Below are positions 29,742 to 45,458 of a DNA stretch of 64,000 bases, one piece after another (position 1 is the stretch's first letter; every line of letters begins with the position of its first letter). The notes under the pieces are model-generated. The model was not told where the DNA came from, searched no databases, and saw nothing but the letters and a program-made list of their open reading frames with translations. The position numbers and the translations under genes were made by a program. The DNA comes from Eledone cirrhosa (Eukaryota): the NCBI GenBank assembly GCA_964016885.1, contig OZ024742.1, positions 135,780,001-135,844,000 of the forward strand, given 5' to 3'.

Positions 29742-29746
<5 letters not shown>
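29709..29746 (-). ncRNA. Minimal type I hammerhead-like motif
   Basis: TCCCT-CTGAAGA-a-GAGAT-att-ATCTC-GAAA-at-TA-AGGA. Confidence 0.55.
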
Positions 29747-29803
<57 letters not shown>

Positions 29804-29839
29804 TGTATATATATATAGAGAGAGGGAGAGATAAATATG

Positions 29840-30410
29840 TTTCTTTATTAGCCACAGGGGCACAAAAGAAGGGGACAAATAAAAAGGGGGAAGTTTACAT
29901 ACAATAAAAACGTGTAAAATATTATTACAAATTCAATTTAAAAATTTAAAAATTAGTCGATTTTCCCCATATGGGTAACACATACCCCCGAAAAAAGATG
30001 TGCAACCCTCATCTCCAGGAGTACGAAGAGTTTGTACTTCCTTCCTCTCCTCCTCTTTTTCCTCAACCTACAGGCTGATATAGAGAGAAGGCCCATTCAC
30101 TCGGGCCATTCTCGCCACTTTCACCCACCTTTCATAAAACTTGCTGGGGTTCAGCACCTCTCTCTCCATCCTGATTCTTCTTCCAAAGTGGTATTTGAAA
30201 AAAATAATCAGTTGTTGGCCGCAGAGAAAGGTGTCTGACCTCAGCCCTTTCAACCTTGTCCACCATACAACCTCTTTCGCCATAGCTATCACACAAAGGA
30301 AAACCGCCTCTCCTTCGTTTTTGAAGGAGGGTGGCGGTTTGATCATGACAATGGACTCGGTGGTCAACCGGATTGGTCCCACCAGCGACAATAGTCGTTC
30401 TACATAGCCC
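29840..30410 (-). mobile_element. L1/Tx1-like LINE ORF2 C-terminus and 3' UTR, 5'-truncated
   Basis: ORF 30068-30391 [12 protein letters not shown]...[15 protein letters not shown]...FYERW matches the AK..W..R...E...F..W pattern of L1/Tx1 C-termini. Confidence 0.55.
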
Positions 30411-30432
30411 CACGTGTGTGTGTGTGCGTGTG

Positions 30433-30646
<214 letters not shown>

Positions 30647-30657
30647 ATAATATATCT

Positions 30658-30831
30658 ACAAAGAAAGTGTGGTTAGAAACCAGGTGGACCGTATCGCACC
30701 AGAGTACTCGATACTTAGGGTAGTAGAGTGGGTGGGCAATAGGAAAAGAGTCAGGACCCCGACAGCTGAGCTCCTGTCGAATCTAGCAGTCGAAACGGCC
30801 GGAGCTCAGCCTTCGGAGTCCTGACTCTTTT

Positions 30832-30835
<4 letters not shown>
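30658..30835 (-). mobile_element. Family A copy with fold-back
   Basis: Tail, then AGGACCCCGACAGCTGAGCTC, then inverted arm ending TTCCTA|(TA)n. Confidence 0.85.
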
Positions 30836-30919
<84 letters not shown>

Positions 30920-31664
30920 TCGATCAAACTCCAATGGAGCTGCTTTTTCACATCTTATTTCGTATTTTCACAATTTCTTCTAGAGAATCTTTAAGGCGAA
31001 TTTTGACATCGCCACGTTTCTCTAGTAGATATTAACATGTCGATGATGTCTAAGTGGCAGTTGTGTAGATAAAGGGAGATAATCTATTAACCGATTACAT
31101 ATTTTTTCTATTATGTAACACTGTGAGATGAATTATTAAATAATCTCACTCCATAAACATTACATAATTCTTCAATTTAACATAAATTGAAATAAATTCA
31201 ACAAATCGAATCCCTATCCCAGTGTATTCAGAAATGATTTTAACTGTGCCATAAAATTCAATAACTTAACATTTGTTTTATCTTTACTTGAGGCATAATG
31301 TTTTAAGATGAAATATTTAATTGCAGGTTCGAAATGTCCAATGAGGGGAATCTGTCTGCCATAAGGTTCCCTAATCAATTGATTGTGTACTGGCATATGT
31401 TCTGTTAATGTGTTTCCCATATGATCACTGCATATGAAAAGTCGGCATTCGCTACACTAAATCTCGTTTAGACTTTTGCAATTCATATTTGTTCTAGCAA
31501 ATATTTTTCTTAACGGATTTGTGTTATTATAGTGATCTGCATGCACTATTTGAGAAAAATATAGCTTAAAACAATGCATAAAAATCTGATATTAATATAA
31601 GATATTTGATATTAGTATTAAAAAAATTGATATTAATATAAGATATTTCATATAAATATATGAA

Positions 31665-32770
31665 GCTCAGGGCCAATCAGATACTGAGGAACTACAACAA
31701 AGAGCATTCTTGCTGTCATGGTTTTCATTGATGTCAGTAAGGGCTTTGACTCTGTGGAACGAGTCAGCCTGGTGAAGATCTTACAGGCTTATGGAATCCC
31801 CAAGAATATAGTGGACCTGATCTCACTGCTTCACACCAACAACAGAAACCAATTCATTACACGGAGTTCTTTAAGATCCTGGCCGTTGTGCTCCAGGGAA
31901 ATACATTGGCTCTCTACCTTTCCATCATCGCAGTGGACTACTGTATGCGCCTTGTACTGGAGAAACACCAGGACTCTACCTTTACTGTAGTACTGGCTCA
32001 GAGCAGGAGAGTTAGGGCTAAAAAATATCAGATGCCGAATTTGCTGAAGACATAGTTTTGGTGACAAACACAGTGAAGCAAGTAGAGATGTTGATGCGTG
32101 ATGTGGAGACTGTGTCGATGGGTGTGGGGCTGAGAATCAATGAGATTAATATGAAATATCTGGTAGAGAACATTAAGAAGCCAGAGAAGATTATGAATGT
32201 GGAAGAGAAGCCACTAGAGCTGGTTGAGGCCTTCCTGTATCTGGGAGAAAATAATGGGAACACAGAGGATGATATGATGGAAGGGAAGAGCAATACTTGG
32301 ACGGCGTGTCACAGTTTGCGGTCGGTGTGGAGGTCGGACCTTCGTAAAGACCGGAAGATCCGTCTCTTCGTCGCTACAGTGAGGTTTGTGCTGCTGTACG
32401 GGTCTGCAACTTGAACACTGACCAAGAGACTCACTTACATGTTGGATGGGTGCTACACGGGAATACTGACGATGGCAGTGAAAATTAATCAGTATGCATT
32501 GAGGATGACGAAATCAGAGCCGAATGGGAGCCTCCCAAATGTCAGCTCGAAAGTTAGCTTGAGGCTAGCTAGTCATGCTCACCGACATTTAGAGTTAACA
32601 AAGGAATCAGTGTTCCTACGGGAGCCCCTACACAGACACACTGGAAGAGGGAGACCGAAGATGATATGTGTTGATGCCCTGAGGACAGACACTGGTCTCT
32701 GGAAAACGCGGGACATAGTGGTGATGAAGGACAGAGACCACTCGAAAAGACTCGTCCATTGATCTCGGGA
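31665..32770 (+). pseudogene. RTE-clade LINE reverse transcriptase and 3' part, degenerate
   Basis: FIDVSKGFDSVER, VLQGNTLALYLSIIAVDY, FAEDIV, FLYLG, VLLYGS, LASHAHRH and GRGRPKMICVDALRTDTG. Confidence 0.85.
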
Positions 32771-32781
32771 ATTTTACCCCC

Positions 32782-32938
<157 letters not shown>

Positions 32939-33402
32939 ATGTGTGTATACTATTAATCGTACATATACTACGATTATTCATGAAGATGTTGCCAACGGTC
33001 GCTACAAAGAATCGAACACTGTATTTCTCAAATATCAGCTGAATGCTCTCATGATGGAGCTAAGGGACATCTTACCATCTAAATATAGGAGCTGAATTAA
33101 ATAACTTTTGGAAATGTAAAACCTTATCTGAAGTTTGAACATTCGAATTTACGAAGCACTGGGGAAATAAATTTACAAAAGATGTAAGATGCTCAAGCAC
33201 AGAGTATAACAGCAACTACAGTCAGTTGCTTTAAAATAGCCTATAAAAGGTAGAGACGGAAAAAGAATTGAAAGCCGTATCTTTCAGATACTAGCTCTCA
33301 TCATTGAGTTATGGGACCTCAGACAAAATATATTACTGACCAAATAATTTATTTCCATATAATTCGCTTCGTAAGTTGTAATGTTTGAGATTCAGACACA
33401 AT

Positions 33403-33457
<55 letters not shown>

Positions 33458-33460
33458 AAT

Positions 33461-33547
<87 letters not shown>

Positions 33548-33548
33548 C

Positions 33549-33612
<64 letters not shown>

Positions 33613-33615
<3 letters not shown>

Positions 33616-34158
33616 TTTTGAGTTTATGTTGGTTGTATACCAACACCTCAGTATGCAGGCTGGAGCACTCGACGAAGTGCGCAGGTTGGTTTGGTTACTC
33701 CGGAGTAGTGTAAAATAAAGTTAAATAAAAGTCAAATGATTAAAATTTAGCTTCGTTTATTACTGCTATATATATTTCAGTGACAGCCATCTTTGGCTGT
33801 GACCTCTTCAGGCAGTTTGAATTAGTATGGTATAGACAAGTACATATGTTGTTTAGGTGTATGATATTGTCAATACTCTGATATGCCCAGTTCCTTGTTG
33901 GGTTGTTAATTCACTGGGGAACTGGAGTCATATCCATATGACTCCAGTTCCCCAGTGAATTAACAACCCAACAAGGAACTGGGCATATCAGAGTATTGAC
34001 AATATCATACACCTAAACAACATATGTACTTGTCTATACCATACTAATTCAAACTGCCTGAAGAGGTCACAGCCAAAGATGGCTGTCACTGAAATATATA
34101 TAGCAGTAATAAACGAAGCTAAATTTTAATCATTTGACTTTTATTTAACTTTATTTTA
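33613..34158 (-). mobile_element. Perfect 448-bp palindrome (33711-34158) of a PLE-type end plus ~100-bp tail
   Basis: Centre CATAT-cc-ATATG, with an HHR in each arm. Tail stem-loop at 33667-33706 and hairpin at 33627-33645. (TA)n flanks. Confidence 0.9.
34053..34107 (+). ncRNA. Type I hammerhead ribozyme (mirror copy 33762-33816, minus strand)
   Basis: ACTGC-CTGAAGA-GGTCACAGCCA-aaga-TGGCTGTCACT-GAAA-TATAT-ATA-GCAGT. Palindromic minimal stem III, AUA cleavage triplet. Confidence 0.85.
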
Positions 34159-34176
34159 TATATATATATATATATA

Positions 34177-34349
34177 TACTGGTACGGTTGTCCTTCCTGT
34201 TCTTATAGCCATGCCCATTCCAAGCTGAGGATCCGCTAAGGTAAAACAATTGTTCTCGGTATGGTGAACTAACTGTTGTGTAACCACGTCTATATATATA
34301 TCAGCTTGGAATGGGCATGGTTATAAGAACAGGAAGGACAACCCTACCA

Positions 34350-34354
<5 letters not shown>
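34177..34354. mobile_element. PLE-type fragment with degenerate HHR (34220-34259) and an inverted partial copy
   Basis: CTGAGGA-TCC-gctaa-GGT-AAAAC-aatt-GTT-CTCGG, same family as 53498. 34177-34228 is inverted at 34301-34354. Confidence 0.65.
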
Positions 34355-34415
<61 letters not shown>

Positions 34416-34417
<2 letters not shown>

Positions 34418-34540
34418 CAAAGGAATTATGGTAAGGAACCAGATGGACCATAACGCACCAGAGTACTCAATACTTAGAGTAGTAGAGTGGGAAATAGCCG
34501 TCGAAACGCCTTGAGCTCTGCCGTCGAGGTCATACTTTTT

Positions 34541-34544
<4 letters not shown>
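34416..34544 (-). mobile_element. Family A copy (tail plus inverted arm, left arm deleted)
   Basis: Tail joined to TAGCCGTCGAAAC...TTCCTA|(TA)n. Confidence 0.8.
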
Positions 34545-34574
<30 letters not shown>

Positions 34575-35007
34575 CTTGTGTGTATATGCGTGCGTTTACG
34601 TGTATGTATGTATGCATGTATATGTCAGCATCTGAGATATAACATATATGCACATAAACGCATACAAGGACACATGTGTGCATGCAAGCACGTCTACACG
34701 CATATACGTACATGTGTCATGAGTGTGTCTGTATGTCTATTTCTATTGAATTATCTGTCTATAAGTATTTCCTTTAAACAAGCAATTAACGAGAAATGAA
34801 GGAAAACTTGCCCAATAAAGCCATAATTAACTAAATAAATACAGACACTTATAAAGAATGCATTCAAATATTTAACTTCTCACAAAAATAGAACTATATA
34901 TGTATTAAGTAGGTAGGTGTGTGAGTATGTACGGACACTTACACTCACTGTTTGTGTGTGTTGGAGCGTGTGGGGTATTGAGTGTGTATGTGAGTATATG
35001 TGTGTAT

Positions 35008-35042
<35 letters not shown>

Positions 35043-35083
35043 TATATATATTATTGAGTGTGTATGTGAGTATATGTGTGTAT

Positions 35084-35234
<151 letters not shown>

Positions 35235-35294
35235 CATATATATATACATATATATATATATGTATATATATATATGTATATATATGTGTATATA

Positions 35295-35380
<86 letters not shown>

Positions 35381-35730
35381 CATATATATGATATATATAT
35401 TTACGTTAAAACTAACCATTATAAAACGAAGATATTTTTATTATTATTTTTCTGAATATTACTGTTTGATGTTGTAGTTATTGTTGATAATGATGCTCCC
35501 ATTATTTATATTATTATTGATTTTGCTTACATTTGTGTATCGATGCTATTAATATTGTTGTTGTTCATGTCGTTTTGACAATTATTTTTCGATGTACACA
35601 GTAACATTCGTACATATATGGTGTGTGAGTGTATATATCTGCATATCTGCATACATATGCACATATACGTATTCGTGAAAACTGTGTATATATATATATA
35701 TATAGTTACATACAAATATATATGTAAATT

Positions 35731-35766
<36 letters not shown>

Positions 35767-36138
35767 TGTCCTTCTCTAATAAAATGTTTTAGGAAATGAT
35801 TAGAGTCCTCTGTGAATGCCGCAAATAATATAATCACTTTACTTTGATCTTTCATCTTTAACCGCAACTGAGTAAAATTACATTTCCTTGAAAAATCTAA
35901 TGAAGCATGACTCGAAATTTATACCGAATATATATATTTCATATAAAATTTTATCGACATAACAAAGAACTTAGTAACTACCATTTATACATGTATATTT
36001 TTAACGCTGAACCTACATATATCCAGTATATTGCCAGCCCCACCAACAACATATGTGTGTTTATGAGTGTGTGCGTGAGAGTGTTTGTGTGTGTGTATGT
36101 ATGTTTTTTGGCCGTGTGCTCCTCTGTGTATGTGTATA

Positions 36139-36218
<80 letters not shown>

Positions 36219-37239
36219 GATAAATCTACCAAGAGTTTACGGTAGTGTCCAATCCGTATGAAGAACTCAATGTATTCCGGATATCATGGAAAGAAGAGAT
36301 GTAATGAAAAACTACTTTCGGTGAAAGATAAACGGTATACAGAGTCAAGATAAAATATTAAACAAATAATGAATAAACAATTCCTTATATTAAACAAAAA
36401 AAGTTCATTATTTAACGATCGTTTCTAGGATATATATGTGTTAGAATTGGTATGCATATTCAACAGATCTATGTACAAAATTATACAAAATTATACAAAT
36501 TATCAAGATTAAACATACATACCAAACACATATATACGCCGTCTTCAGAAATAATGAAGTATATTTATTGATAATAACAACAATTCAAAATTTCAGTTCA
36601 AAATTGACCAATGAAAACACAAAGGGTTAAATGCAGTTCGGTGTGTGTATATACATGTAAAACCCTTACACATATTTTACAAAAATGTATGTATAATTTG
36701 TATACGCATACTAAAAGGATGGATGCAAATACAAAATTTCAAGGTTAATGTCTCTGTAAGCTTACAATGCGCAGATAAGATGCGTATTGACACTTATGAA
36801 GTCAAGTATATAAATATATTTTTTCATACTCACACATATCCGTACAATCACACATACACGCGCGTATATGCATAAATATACACATAACCACGAACATACA
36901 AACACACACACACCCCCACTCACATTTATATATGTGGATATAAAATCATAAGCACATGGATATTAATTCACTCACATAAAACACTGGCACACACATTTTT
37001 AGATCAAGATACAGAAATTAGGTGGGAGGGGGGGGGGGTCAGTATTCAACTGTCTGAGCAGACTGCCTAATATAAATGTATCTATAAACTAAGAAAAAAA
37101 AAAAAAATAAAACAATAAAATATAATAAATAAAGCATTAAAGAGGAAAGAATAGAAAGAAAAACAGAAAAAAGAAAAAAGAAAAAAGAAAAAAGAAATAT
37201 ATCAAGAAAATAAATATATATATATATATACACATATAT

Positions 37240-37281
<42 letters not shown>

Positions 37282-37476
37282 ATATATATATATACAAAAA
37301 CATACATATATATACACATAGACACACACATATCCATACATAAATATACACACATATATAAACACATACATACATATACACACATCCACACTAAGAACAT
37401 ACATATACACACATATATAAACATATACATATACACACATACATACATATACACATATACATACAAATACACATAC

Positions 37477-37523
<47 letters not shown>

Positions 37524-37914
37524 CATACATATATGTACATACACGTACATATACACACACATATACATATAATTACACATACTATATAGACACAGATATA
37601 TATAACCACACACATACATGCACATATACAACACTTACATACTAATATACATACAGATATACACATACATAGCTATATATACACACAAATATATACAGAC
37701 TTACATATATACACATACAGACAAATACTTACGCATCTATATATCGGTATATACATACAAACACCACTACACTATCACACAACTTAGAAATACAAAGAGA
37801 AAGGTATATACCTATACACACATACATATACAAATAGAAAAACATATAGATATATATATATATATATATATACACATACACACACATATACATATACATA
37901 TATATATATATAAC

Positions 37915-37945
<31 letters not shown>

Positions 37946-38041
37946 TATATACACATACAAATACACATACATACACATACAGATATATACACATACAGGT
38001 ATATACCTATACACACATACATATACAAATAGAAAAACATA

Positions 38042-38075
<34 letters not shown>

Positions 38076-38392
38076 CACACACATATACATATACATATAT
38101 ATATATAACATATATATATATATATACATATATACATATATATATACACATACAAATACACATACATACACATACAGATATATACACATACATACATGTA
38201 CACACACATAGAAATATTTACGCATACACACATACACACATACATATACAGTCATACACTCACATACACCTACACGAACATACACATACACATATATAAA
38301 GATTTATATATACACACACACACACGCAACACATACACACATACACATATATATAAAAAATAAATAATAAAGATATATACATATATATATAT

Positions 38393-38433
<41 letters not shown>

Positions 38434-39138
38434 TACACATACACCTAAATATACATACACATACATACACACATACATAGACATACATGTACATACATAT
38501 ACGTACATCGATATACATATATATATATATATATATACACACACATAGACATATAGATACATACACACACAACTTACATACACACATATATATACATGTA
38601 TATTCATACATAGAATTAGATATATAATCATACATACATATGCACTTACTTATACTCATATATACAAATACATACGCATCCATATATGCGTATATACATA
38701 AAAAAAACCACTACAACTTCACCTAACTCAGACATACAAATAAAAATAATAATAAAAAGGCATATGTATATACATACACATACGCATTAATAGATATATA
38801 TATATACACACATACATACACATATATATATATATATATATATACACATAAATACATATATATATACACACATACACTCATACATATATATATATATATA
38901 TACATAGATACCCACACACTCATACCACCATAAATACACATACAAACACCCACATATACATATATATACACACGTATATATATATATATATATATACACA
39001 CACATAATAAAAAACAGACATGCACATATATATATATTTTTTTACACTTATATATACACATATTATATACACATACACAACCTCACTTATACACACATAC
39101 ACATAAGTTATATTATAATAATAAAAAAGAATAATATA

Positions 39139-39172
<34 letters not shown>

Positions 39173-39264
39173 CACATACATACATATATATACATACATA
39201 CATATAAACACATACATACATAAATACACACATACGAATATAGACATATATTCACACATAGACA

Positions 39265-39328
<64 letters not shown>

Positions 39329-40453
39329 TACATATACACAGACACATATACATACTCACATATATATATGTGTGTGTGTGCACACACACATATATACACA
39401 CATACACATATATACACATAAACACATATATGTGCATACATGCACACACACACACATATATCACATAGATACGAAGATAGACATATAAATAGAGAGACAT
39501 ACATATATATACACAACACACATACACACACATACATACACACGCATATACATATACATATATATATACACATATATATATTCCTATATATACATGCATA
39601 CATATATATACACATATATACACATACATACACATATACGTACACACATTCACATACACATACATATATACATGCATATATACACATATATACATACTTA
39701 CACACACTCATATATACACACACAATCTTACATTCATATTTGCATGCGCATATATGTATTTTTATATTTAGATATAAATACCCAAACCTATATAGACACC
39801 TACCTACATATATATTCATACATAGACGCTTACAAATACAGATGATAATAGTATGGGGGAAAGGGGGGGTTTGGAGAAGGGGATCAAAGTAAATATATGT
39901 TTCAAGAAACATAGAATATTTTCCGTATCTTTATCCAATGTATGTTCTTACATATTTTCAGTGTTAGGGAATACAACAAACAAGAACTAAGGCAAAATCT
40001 ATGCATCTCAAAATAAACAAGTATACCATTAATCATATGTTAACTAAACCAAAGATAGTCAACATATTGATTTCTAAGGTGTAAATTAGTTAGGTTTATA
40101 ATATTTGAAGCAGAATTTTGAAGTTAAACAGTAGTAGAGTATTAATTACAGTATAACTAAATTAAAGTTAATAATGTTATGGTATCAATATTAGGAAATG
40201 AATTTAGTAATAGGGAAAAAAAAAACACAAATAAAAATAAAATAAAGTATTACATCGGTAGTAGAATATAAATTATAGGTTAACTAAATTAAAAATTATA
40301 TATTTATTTCAATAGTATATGTTAATTAGGTATACAATACATAAAGCAGATATTGTATTTCATCAATAGCATAATATAATTATATGCAAATAGAAATCAA
40401 AATTAATACGCATACATATACATATACATACACATACATATATACATATATAT

Positions 40454-40492
<39 letters not shown>

Positions 40493-41007
40493 TATACATA
40501 TACATACACACACACACATACACATACACATATACATATACATATCTTTTTCAAAAAATTGCATAGAATATATTAACTAGGTATATATCCAAAACACAAC
40601 CCATTCTATGATTACATGACATTCTGCAATTCGTCTGTATAAGGATACTAATTTTAAGCAAATTAAAATTAAAATTTTTAGGTTGATTAAAACTAAAACC
40701 AAATTATAAATATATTTCTAAAATGTATATTAATTAGGTCTATAATACTAAAAATTATTTCTCTGTCATTGGATACACGATATTATTTTGTTATATTTTA
40801 TCTGTAAAAGAATTATGATAAAAGGTTTAAATAAATTAAAATTAATCTATAAATTAAATTACTAAGTATATATTAGTAATATTTAAAGGTTTTTCACAAT
40901 TTATGATTACATAATATTTTATATTCTCATCTGTAATAAAATTTTAATTAAATTAAATTTATAGGTTAACTAACATATAAATTAAATTAATTTCTAAAAT
41001 AATGTTA

Positions 41008-41663
41008 TTAATTAGGTTTATAATATTTAAATGTTTTTTTTAGTTTATGATTACACGATATAATTAATTCCTGTCGTTTATTTAATAAGATATCCTTAGA
41101 CTTCATTATTTCAAATAGTTCTTGGGAACATAATCTACATTCATTTCTATTATTTTGATAAGGGGTGGCTCTTTTGAGCACACTCCAGGTCAAATCATAT
41201 TTTATATTCTTATTTTTATAACTATTGATTTTTTCTGCTAGAGATGTTGTATTAGCCAGTGCGGCATTTTTAAAACTATGCTTGTGGGTATTAAACCTTG
41301 TCTTAAAATTGTTAGAGGTAGCTCCTATATATGAGCAAATAGAATCTTTAGTTTTAACATTACATTTATAGACTATGTTGTTAACAAGACAATTCCCTTT
41401 TAATGGGCAGTTTGCTTTGTTTCTACAGTTACATCCTTTCGTTAATTCTGTATTTGAGGAGATATTATGGTTAATTTGATGTACTGGTGGTATACTTATG
41501 GTTTTCTTACATTTATATGCATTATATGCACTTATATTTTGTTTTATGTTATTTGTTGTAGAGTATGAGAATTTAACTGTAGACCTATTTAAGATTTGAT
41601 GGTATTTGTGGTTTGGCGGGAAGTTTTTCTCAAGGATATAAAAAATTTTTTTAGCAATATTAT
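41008..41663 (-). pseudogene. Inverted duplicate of the PLE endonuclease region
   Basis: Reverse complement of 42627-43282. Confidence 0.9.
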
Positions 41664-41677
41664 TTTAGCAATATTAT

Positions 41678-43282
41678 TTGGATGACATTAACATTATTAC
41701 ACATGCTAGACTAACACTACTGGAATTTCAGAATGAATACTGGACCAGAAACACATACAGTAATCTTTTTGATATTACTATGGGTTCAAGCGATTCCGCC
41801 CAAATTACTGATCTTGTGGGCCTCTTTCTCCTTTTCAACATAAATGCCTCTTTTCCCCACCTCAAAGGTGGTTTATATCGTGATGACTGTCTTCTTCTTT
41901 CTAACAACCTTAGCCTTTCAGAAATTGAAAAAAACAAAAAACATATTAGAACTTTCCTTAAAGACTATTATAATCTTAATATTACTTTTGAAAAAACAAG
42001 TAAAGTAGTAAATTTCCTAGATATAACTTTAGATTTAGCTACGGGTATCTACCAACCTTACCATAAACCTAACCAAAACTTACATTACATACACTCACAA
42101 TCTAATCACCCTAAATCTATCCTTAAAAACCTTGCATATAATATATCACTTAGAATTTCTAACCTTTCTTCTAACCAAGATGTATTTGATAAAAATGCGA
42201 CCTTCTATAACGAAGCTCTAGATAGAAGTGGCCACAAAAATAGATTAGAGTATATACCTTCTACTAAAAATACTGAAAGCATACAACATAATATTACCAA
42301 CAAACACCAAATGAAAAGTACACACCTAAATGCCACCCACACTATACCCCAAAATACCAAATCTTCTAATATAAAGTATAGTAACTCTCAAAAAACTATT
42401 CATCATACAACTATAATAAATATTAATAATAAAACTCCTAATAAAAAGGATAAAACACCTAAATCTACAAATATAACTAAAAATAGTTGTGGTGAGATCA
42501 TTAACATTAATCCTCCTAGTAAAAATCACGATACAACCTATAAAAATAATAAAAATAATAAACAACATAGAAACCGTAATAGACGGGTTACTTGGTATAA
42601 TGCTCCTTTTAATTTACAAGTTAAGGATAATATTGCTAAAAAATTTTTTTATATCCTTGAGAAAAACTTCCCGCCAAACCACAAATACCATCAAATCTTA
42701 AATAGGTCTACAGTTAAATTCTCATACTCTACAACAAATAACATAAAACAAAATATAAGTGCATATAATGCATATAAATGTAAGAAAACCATAAGTATAC
42801 CACCAGTACATCAAATTAACCATAATATCTCCTCAAATACAGAATTAACGAAAGGATGTAACTGTAGAAACAAAGCAAACTGCCCATTAAAAGGGAATTG
42901 TCTTGTTAACAACATAGTCTATAAATGTAATGTTAAAACTAAAGATTCTATTTGCTCATATATAGGAGCTACCTCTAACAATTTTAAGACAAGGTTTAAT
43001 ACCCACAAGCATAGTTTTAAAAATGCCGCACTGGCTAATACAACATCTCTAGCAGAAAAAATCAATAGTTATAAAAATAAGAATATAAAATATGATTTGA
43101 CCTGGAGTGTGCTCAAAAGAGCCACCCCTTATCAAAATAATAGAAATGAATGTAGATTATGTTCCCAAGAACTATTTGAAATAATGAAGTCTAAGGATAT
43201 CTTATTAAATAAACGACAGGAATTAATTATATCGTGTAATCATAAACTAAAAAAAACATTTAAATATTATAAACCTAATTAA
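41678..43282 (+). CDS. PLE polyprotein, 5'-truncated: RT (motif B' onward, thumb) plus C-terminal GIY-YIG endonuclease; resembles the Hydra clade
   Basis: MGSSDSAQITDLVG, LYRDD, VNFLDITL, YHKP, SNHP. CNCx5C, VYK...YIG, R...H, CxxC and LNKRQEL. Uninterrupted 534-codon frame beginning at the inversion junction. Confidence 0.9.
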   Translation: MDDINIITHARLTLLEFQNEYWTRNTYSNLFDITMGSSDSAQITDLVGLFLLFNINASFPHLKGGLYRDDCLLLSNNLSLSEIEKNKKHIRTFLKDYYNLNITFEKTSKVVNFLDITLDLATGIYQPYHKPNQNLHYIHSQSNHPKSILKNLAYNISLRISNLSSNQDVFDKNATFYNEALDRSGHKNRLEYIPSTKNTESIQHNITNKHQMKSTHLNATHTIPQNTKSSNIKYSNSQKTIHHTTIININNKTPNKKDKTPKSTNITKNSCGEIININPPSKNHDTTYKNNKNNKQHRNRNRRVTWYNAPFNLQVKDNIAKKFFYILEKNFPPNHKYHQILNRSTVKFSYSTTNNIKQNISAYNAYKCKKTISIPPVHQINHNISSNTELTKGCNCRNKANCPLKGNCLVNNIVYKCNVKTKDSICSYIGATSNNFKTRFNTHKHSFKNAALANTTSLAEKINSYKNKNIKYDLTWSVLKRATPYQNNRNECRLCSQELFEIMKSKDILLNKRQELIISCNHKLKKTFKYYKPN

Positions 43283-43797
43283 TAACATTATTTTAGAAAT
43301 TAATTTAATTTAAATGTTAGTTAACCTATAAATTTAATTTAATTAAAATTTTATTACAGATGAGAATATAAAATATTATGTAATCATAAATTGTGAAAAA
43401 CCTTTAAATATTACTAATATATACTTAGTAATTTAATTTATAGATTAATTTTAATTTATTTAAACCTTTTATCATAATTCTTTTACAGATAAAATATAAC
43501 AAAATAATATCGTGTATCCAATGACAGAGAAATAATTTTTAGTATTATAGACCTAATTAATATACATTTTAGAAATATATTTATAATTTGGTTTTAGTTT
43601 TAATCAACCTAAAAATTTTAATTTTAATTTGCTTAAAATTAGTATCCTTATACAGACGAATTGCAGAATGTCATGTAATCATAGAATGGGTTGTGTTTTG
43701 GATATATACCTAGTTAATATATTCTATGCAATTTTTTGAAAAAGATATGTATATGTATATGTGTATGTGTATGTGTGTGTGTGTATGTATATGTATA

Positions 43798-43836
<39 letters not shown>

Positions 43837-44961
43837 ATATATATGTATATATGTATGTGTATGTATATGTATATGTATGCGTATTAATTTTGATTTCTAT
43901 TTGCATATAATTATATTATGCTATTGATGAAATACAATATCTGCTTTATGTATTGTATACCTAATTAACATATACTATTGAAATAAATATATAATTTTTA
44001 ATTTAGTTAACCTATAATTTATATTCTACTACCGATGTAATACTTTATTTTATTTTTATTTGTGTTTTTTTTTTCCCTATTACTAAATTCATTTCCTAAT
44101 ATTGATACCATAACATTATTAACTTTAATTTAGTTATACTGTAATTAATACTCTACTACTGTTTAACTTCAAAATTCTGCTTCAAATATTATAAACCTAA
44201 CTAATTTACACCTTAGAAATCAATATGTTGACTATCTTTGGTTTAGTTAACATATGATTAATGGTATACTTGTTTATTTTGAGATGCATAGATTTTGCCT
44301 TAGTTCTTGTTTGTTGTATTCCCTAACACTGAAAATATGTAAGAACATACATTGGATAAAGATACGGAAAATATTCTATGTTTCTTGAAACATATATTTA
44401 CTTTGATCCCCTTCTCCAAACCCCCCCTTTCCCCCATACTATTATCATCTGTATTTGTAAGCGTCTATGTATGAATATATATGTAGGTAGGTGTCTATAT
44501 AGGTTTGGGTATTTATATCTAAATATAAAAATACATATATGCGCATGCAAATATGAATGTAAGATTGTGTGTGTATATATGAGTGTGTGTAAGTATGTAT
44601 ATATGTGTATATATGCATGTATATATGTATGTGTATGTGAATGTGTGTACGTATATGTGTATGTATGTGTATATATGTGTATATATATGTATGCATGTAT
44701 ATATAGGAATATATATATGTGTATATATATATGTATATGTATATGCGTGTGTATGTATGTGTGTGTATGTGTGTTGTGTATATATATGTATGTCTCTCTA
44801 TTTATATGTCTATCTTCGTATCTATGTGATATATGTGTGTGTGTGTGCATGTATGCACATATATGTGTTTATGTGTATATATGTGTATGTGTGTATATAT
44901 GTGTGTGTGCACACACACACATATATATATGTGAGTATGTATATGTGTCTGTGTATATGTA

Positions 44962-45015
<54 letters not shown>

Positions 45016-45107
45016 TGTCTATGTGTGAATATATGTCTATATTCGTATGTGTGTATTTATGTATGTATGTGTTTATATGTATGTATGTATATATATGTAT
45101 GTATGTG

Positions 45108-45141
<34 letters not shown>

Positions 45142-45427
45142 TATATTATTCTTTTTTATTATTATAATATAACTTATGTGTATGTGTGTATAAGTGAGGT
45201 TGTGTATGTGTATATAATATGTGTATATATAAGTGTAAAAAAATATATATATATGTGCATGTCTGTTTTTTATTATGTGTGTGTATATATATATATATAT
45301 ATATACGTGTGTATATATATGTATATGTGGGTGTTTGTATGTGTATTTATGGTGGTATGAGTGTGTGGGTATCTATGTATATATATATATATATATGTAT
45401 GAGTGTATGTGTGTATATATATATGTA

Positions 45428-45458
<31 letters not shown>

